Of a DNA stretch of 64,000 nucleotides, positions 60,133 through 64,000 are shown in pieces. The DNA is from Nitrosomonadaceae bacterium (GTDB lineage: Bacteria; Pseudomonadota; Gammaproteobacteria; Burkholderiales; Nitrosomonadaceae). The notes under the pieces were generated by a model, which was not told the DNA's origin, did not search any database, and was given only the letters and a program-made list of their open reading frames with translations. Where the stretch lies: the NCBI GenBank assembly GCA_919902515.1, contig CAKKRD010000040.1:5861-69860 (forward strand). The letters run 5' to 3'. The translations under genes and the position numbers were made by a program. The stretch's first letter is position 1; every line of letters starts with the position of its first letter.

Positions 60133-60185
60133 TAAGGCTGAGGCAAGCTGAAGGCTTCGGGATTCGCAGAATGCCAGTACGAGAT

Positions 60186-60365
60186 CTAATCGTCCTTGGT
60201 CTTGATGATTTTCTTGCCCCGATAATAGCCGTTGGGACTAATATGATGGCGCAGATGCACTTCGCCGGTACTGGGTTCCACCGCCAACGGCGAACTGGTC
60301 AGAAAATCATGCGAGCGGTGCATGCCGCGTTTTGATGGGGATTTTTTGTTTTGTTGGACTGCCAT
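60186..60365 (-). CDS. rpmF: 50S ribosomal protein L32
   Basis: Not in the track (59 aa). The minus strand gives [59 protein letters not shown], between yceD and plsX as expected. Confidence 0.9.
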   Translation of the reverse strand: MAVQQNKKSPSKRGMHRSHDFLTSSPLAVEPSTGEVHLRHHISPNGYYRGKKIIKTKDD

Positions 60366-60388
60366 AGTGTTTTGCTCCTTAAATAATT

Positions 60389-60889
60389 TCAGTGCAGTTT
60401 TTTCAGTGTCGCCAGTGCGGCAAAGGGATGTTCTCTGCCCACTGCATCCTCACCAGCTAGCTTACCTATTGAACATTCACCTTCCGAGTGACGGGCTGAA
60501 ATTGGCAAGCTCAGGATTATCTCATCTTCAATCAGCGCCAGCACATCCATCTCAGGCACTGCCAGAACTCCATCTACTGATTCATCTTCATCAAAACGGG
60601 AGAGCTCGCTCTCATCTCTCGCCAGCAAAATATCTGCCTTCAGATCCAGCACATGCGCCAAGCCTGTGAGACAGCGCTGGCACTGGAGATTGATTGTCCC
60701 CTTAACGACAATGCGCAGAACCGGATTGCCGTCACCATCCAAAATGCCGCTGACTGTATATTCGAGCCCGCCATGGCTATCGGTCAGATAATCTTGCAAT
60801 CGCTCAAGTTCAGCGGGCGTAATTTTACCATGATGTGCCCCGGCATTACGCACAAAATCAAGGGCATCTATGACAAACCGTGCAGACAT
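60389..60889 (-). CDS. yceD: DUF177 protein YceD (large ribosomal RNA subunit accumulation protein)
   Basis: Conserved position upstream of rpmF, with the C..C motif (LQCQRCL). Start trimmed to [10 protein letters not shown] (60889). Confidence 0.8.
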   Translation of the reverse strand: MSARFVIDALDFVRNAGAHHGKITPAELERLQDYLTDSHGGLEYTVSGILDGDGNPVLRIVVKGTINLQCQRCLTGLAHVLDLKADILLARDESELSRFDEDESVDGVLAVPEMDVLALIEDEIILSLPISARHSEGECSIGKLAGEDAVGREHPFAALATLKKLH

Positions 60890-60946
60890 AAGGCGCGCAT
60901 GATATATTTTTTGCCTCCGAGTGTCAAAAACTATCCTGGATGAATT

Positions 60947-61543
60947 TTGCAAATACCGCACCCTGCTCAACAGCTTGTATTGGGATCCGGTTCCATTTAT
61001 CGCCGCGAACTGCTCCAGCGTCTGCAGATTCCATTTAAGGTCTGCAGCCCGGATATTGATGAGACTCTCCTGGCCGGTGAAATGCCCGGAGCCACCGCCC
61101 TTCGTTTGGCCGAAAGCAAAGCCCGGGCCGTTGCTACGACCTACCCCGACGCGCTTATCATAGGTGCCGACCAGGTGGCGGTGCTGGAGAATACTCTGCT
61201 CGGCAAGCCGTTAACCCATGAAAACGCAGTGAGGCAGTTGCGCTTGCTGCGCGGCAAGGAAGTGACATTTCATACTGCGCTGAGTCTTTTCAACAGTCGC
61301 AGCGCCAGCATGCAAACGCGACTCATCCCCTCTCACGTCAAATTCCGCGAATTAAGCGACCAGCAGATCGAAAATTATCTCGCCAGAGAGCAGCCGTATC
61401 ATTGTGCGGGCAGCGCCAAATCTGAGGGGCTGGGCATCGCGTTGATTGAACGCATCACAGGTGACGACCCGAATGCCCTGATAGGGCTACCGCTGATCGC
61501 GCTGGTAGAAATGCTGGCACATGAAGGCATAGAAATAGTGTGA
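60947..61543 (+). CDS. maf: Maf-like nucleoside triphosphate pyrophosphatase (YceF type)
   Basis: [14 protein letters not shown]...IIGADQV...GKP...[13 protein letters not shown]. Divergent from yceD as in E. coli. TTG start, uncertain. Confidence 0.8.
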   Translation: MQIPHPAQQLVLGSGSIYRRELLQRLQIPFKVCSPDIDETLLAGEMPGATALRLAESKARAVATTYPDALIIGADQVAVLENTLLGKPLTHENAVRQLRLLRGKEVTFHTALSLFNSRSASMQTRLIPSHVKFRELSDQQIENYLAREQPYHCAGSAKSEGLGIALIERITGDDPNALIGLPLIALVEMLAHEGIEIV

Positions 61544-62247
61544 GTCCCGGCACGCTCTATCTCATCCCGACACCGCTTGGCCCAGGTGATATCACCTGGG
61601 TGATTCCCACTGCAGTCCGGCAATGCGTCGCAGGTCTTGGCCACTTTATAGTGGAGCACCCAAAAACCGCCAGACAGTTTCTAAAACAAATCGGCTGCGC
61701 CCTACCATTACAGGAAATCAGGATACAGGTGCTGGATGAACATACCCGGCCCGAGGATTTTGCAAATCTGCTCGCACCGCTGCTGGCAGGAAACGATACG
61801 GGGTTATTGTCCGAGGCTGGTTGCCCGGCAATAGCCGACCCCGGTGCAGAGTTGGTGCGAATTGCCCACCAGAAAAATATCCGGGTGGTGCCACTGGTTG
61901 GACCATCGTCCATCCTGCTGGCATTGATGGCATCTGGATTGAATGGCCAGCGCTTCATGTTCCACGGCTACCTACCGGTGGAACCTGACAAACGTCTCAT
62001 GAAAATTGTCGAGCTGGAAAAAGAATCGATAACCCGTGACCAGACCCAGATATTTATCGAGACCCCCTACCGCAACCAGAAGCTGCTTGAAGCGCTCGTG
62101 CAGACCTGTCGCGCCAGTACCAATCTATGTGTCGCCAGCGAAATCACCCTCGCCAGTGAACACATTGCAACCAGAACGGTGAAAGAATGGAAACATCTCT
62201 TGCCCGACATTAACAAAAAACCTGCGATTTTTCTGCTGCATGGGTGA
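61540..62247 (+). CDS. SAM-dependent methyltransferase, tetrapyrrole-methylase (RsmI-like) fold
   Basis: LYLIPTPLG...[18 protein letters not shown]...[18 protein letters not shown]...FIETPYR. The GTG start overlaps the maf stop. Confidence 0.7.
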   Translation: MSPGTLYLIPTPLGPGDITWVIPTAVRQCVAGLGHFIVEHPKTARQFLKQIGCALPLQEIRIQVLDEHTRPEDFANLLAPLLAGNDTGLLSEAGCPAIADPGAELVRIAHQKNIRVVPLVGPSSILLALMASGLNGQRFMFHGYLPVEPDKRLMKIVELEKESITRDQTQIFIETPYRNQKLLEALVQTCRASTNLCVASEITLASEHIATRTVKEWKHLLPDINKKPAIFLLHG

Positions 62248-62270
62248 AAAGGCTCCTTAATCGCGATTGG

Positions 62271-63224
62271 TTACCGCAACCCCCACCCGCCCCCCGCTGC
62301 ACTGACCAGTGCGCTTGCCGCCACCGCACCAAAGCGTTTGGCGAAGCGCTCGACGAAACCTTCCTGGGTGGTGTAGTCCACGATGTGCTCGGCTTTGATA
62401 ACTTCACGCGCGACATATTCGGCGCTGCCCATGGCGTCAGCAAGTCCCAAGTCTATGCTTTTCTGTCCAGTCCAGACGATCCCGCTAAAGATCTCAGGGG
62501 CATCCTTCAAACGTTTGCCCCTGCCTTGCTGCACTACCTGAATAAACTGCTGATGGATATCACCCAGCATTTCTCTGGCATATTCCTGTTGCTGCGGATT
62601 GGAGGGTGAAAAGGGATCAAGAAATCCTTTGTTCTCCCCTGCCGTAAGCAGCCGTCGCTCGATACCGAGTTTTTCCATTGTCCCCGTAAAACCGAAGCCG
62701 TCCATTAGTGCGCCGATGGAACCGACAATGCTGGCCTTGTCCACATAAATCTTGTCGGCAGCAGCAGCAACATAATAGCCGCCCGAGGCGCAAATATCCT
62801 CGACCACCGCATAGAGGGGAATCTCGGGATATGCAGCGCGCAGGCGGCGGATTTCATCGTTGATATAACCCGCTTGCACCGGGCTGCCGCCAGGACTGTT
62901 AATGCGCAGAATCACACCCTGCGTTTTTTTGTCCTTGAATGCCTCCTGCAGGCCTGCATTGACGTTGTCAGCGCTGCTGACGCTGTCAGCGGAAATTACG
63001 CCGCGCAGTTCTACCAGAGCGGTGTGTTTAGTGGAAATGGGGCCATCTTTACCGCCGATCCAACCCAATACGAGGAATAGCAGAATAAACAGGTAGAGAA
63101 AAGTGAGCGATTTAAACAATATGCCCCAGTGCCGCGCCCGGCGCTGCTCCTGCAGAGAGGAGAACGCCAGCTTCTCCAACACCTGCTTCTCCCAGCCTTC
63201 GTTGCGATTTTCTGAATCAGCCAT
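62271..63224 (-). CDS. sppA: signal peptide peptidase SppA, 36K type (S49)
   Basis: N-terminal TM, then INSPGGSPVQAG...ASGGYYVAAAADKIYV...GSIG. Confidence 0.85.
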   Translation of the reverse strand: MADSENRNEGWEKQVLEKLAFSSLQEQRRARHWGILFKSLTFLYLFILLFLVLGWIGGKDGPISTKHTALVELRGVISADSVSSADNVNAGLQEAFKDKKTQGVILRINSPGGSPVQAGYINDEIRRLRAAYPEIPLYAVVEDICASGGYYVAAAADKIYVDKASIVGSIGALMDGFGFTGTMEKLGIERRLLTAGENKGFLDPFSPSNPQQQEYAREMLGDIHQQFIQVVQQGRGKRLKDAPEIFSGIVWTGQKSIDLGLADAMGSAEYVAREVIKAEHIVDYTTQEGFVERFAKRFGAVAASALVSAAGGGWGLR

Positions 63225-63231
63225 GATTGTT

Positions 63232-63582
63232 TTAATCCTTCAAAAAGATGTTGCCGTCGCGCTCTTCAATTTCCAGACATTGCAGACTTTTTCCCCTGCA
63301 AGGGCCGCCAATGCAGAGACCGCTTTGCGGCGCGTAAGTCGCACCGTGAGTCGAACAAATTAAGTATAACCCTGAATCATCGAAAAATTCGCCTTCCATC
63401 CAGTCCAGTTCGACGCCAACATGGGCGCAGCGGTTGAGATAGGCATAGATCTTTCCGCGATAGCGGATCACAAATGCCGGAACGGCTCCGGATTCATGCG
63501 GATGCTCCACATTGAAACGGACGCCTTTGCCGCCATCCGCCAGTTCGCTGCTTGCGCAAATCAGACGTTCACGTTGAGCCAT
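63232..63582 (-). CDS. Rieske (2Fe-2S) domain protein
   Basis: CAH..(17 aa)..CSTHG pattern (NRCAHVGVELD...LICSTHGATY). Confidence 0.75.
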   Translation of the reverse strand: MAQRERLICASSELADGGKGVRFNVEHPHESGAVPAFVIRYRGKIYAYLNRCAHVGVELDWMEGEFFDDSGLYLICSTHGATYAPQSGLCIGGPCRGKSLQCLEIEERDGNIFLKD

Positions 63583-64000
63583 GAGTGCAATTCCGTGATG
63601 CTGTTGACACAGGCAAGCGGTGCCAGAGAACTGAGATTCTCTCTGGGATGGGCACCGTATGCCACACCCAACCCGGCGACCTTGGCATTGATTGCCATTT
63701 GCAAATCGTGGGTGGTGTCACCTATCATCAGCGTGCGTCCCGCTTCCACACCGAATTGCTCCATCAATTCCAGCAGCATTGCCGGATGGGGTTTGGAGAA
63801 AGTCTCATCGGCACAACGGCTGGCATGAAAATAGACTCCTAATCCGCTGGATTCGAGTGTTTTATTGAGTTCGGTGCGGCTCTTGCCGGTGGCCACTGCT
63901 AACAAGAAGTCCTCTGCATGTAGGGTTTCGATAATCTCGGTTATGCCCTCAAACGGGGAAATTTTCTGCCCATACACAGAATAATGATGCCGGTAACGAT
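63561..64000 (-). CDS. HAD-superfamily hydrolase (phosphoglycolate-phosphatase-like), C-terminal part; N-terminus beyond right edge
   Basis: LAVATGKSR...SKPHPAMLLELM...MIGDTTHDLQMA are HAD motifs II-IV. The frame stays open to position 64000. Confidence 0.75.
   Translation of the reverse strand, partial: RYRHHYSVYGQKISPFEGITEIIETLHAEDFLLAVATGKSRTELNKTLESSGLGVYFHASRCADETFSKPHPAMLLELMEQFGVEAGRTLMIGDTTHDLQMAINAKVAGLGVAYGAHPRENLSSLAPLACVNSITELHSWLNVNV

Overview
Chromosomal segment of a Gram-negative bacterium. Gene order and protein signatures look betaproteobacterial (Nitrosomonadales-like), but that is an inference; no rRNA is present to confirm it. I call about 70 protein genes, 2 pseudogene remnants, 2 mobile-element relics and several small regulatory or repeat elements. 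I recognised no rRNA, tRNA or CRISPR array.

The window contains four blocks of conserved housekeeping synteny:
- Block 1 (1-8317, minus strand): rlmD(partial)-exonuclease-cysM-comEA-pyrF-lapA-ihfB-rpsA-cmk-aroA.
- Block 2 (29397-40879, plus strand): rpsB-tsf-pyrH-frr-uppS-cdsA-dxr-rseP-bamA-skp-fabZ-rnhB.
- Block 3 (41022-48645): slyD, mutS, hexose-6-P mutarotase, suhB <> trmJ-iscR-cysteine desulfurase.
- Block 4 (51631-64000): xthA, mltG-fabF-acpP-fabG-fabD-fabH-plsX-rpmF-yceD <> maf-methyltransferase, sppA-Rieske-HAD(partial).

Signalling or accessory islands separate these blocks:
- 8389-12729: an HDOD-GAF gene coupled to a PAS-GGDEF-EAL gene, plus a secreted ankyrin-repeat protein.
- 12762-15206: panD and cysK-cysE.
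- 15257-22494: a decaying chemosensory cluster (cheR and cheD remnants, REP repeats, a soluble PAS chemoreceptor, two cheW genes separated by an IS630 relic, and a GAF-PAS-GGDEF-EAL gene).
- 22810-26993: a tightly packed four-gene two-component cascade.
- 48646-51593: a small basic ORF, a NYN/OST-HTH protein and a Sel1-repeat protein.
- 52461-53478: tandem DUF4124 paralogs.

Observations most worth a second look:
- A 236-bp MITE-like element with perfect 17-bp terminal inverted repeats and a 5-bp duplication sits exactly on the pyrF start codon.
- lpxD, lpxA and lpxB are absent from the otherwise intact bamA-skp-fabZ-rnhB block, and lapB is absent next to lapA.
- cheR and cheD are internally deleted next to an intact receptor that still carries a C-terminal xWxxF tether.
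- The isc locus is truncated: iscR with two IscR boxes plus a NifS-like desulfurase, but no scaffold or chaperone genes.

I did not find a convincing new multi-gene system such as a defence island. The NYN/OST-HTH locus and the CheA-less cheW-cheW-mcp module linked to a c-di-GMP enzyme are the most system-like unknowns.
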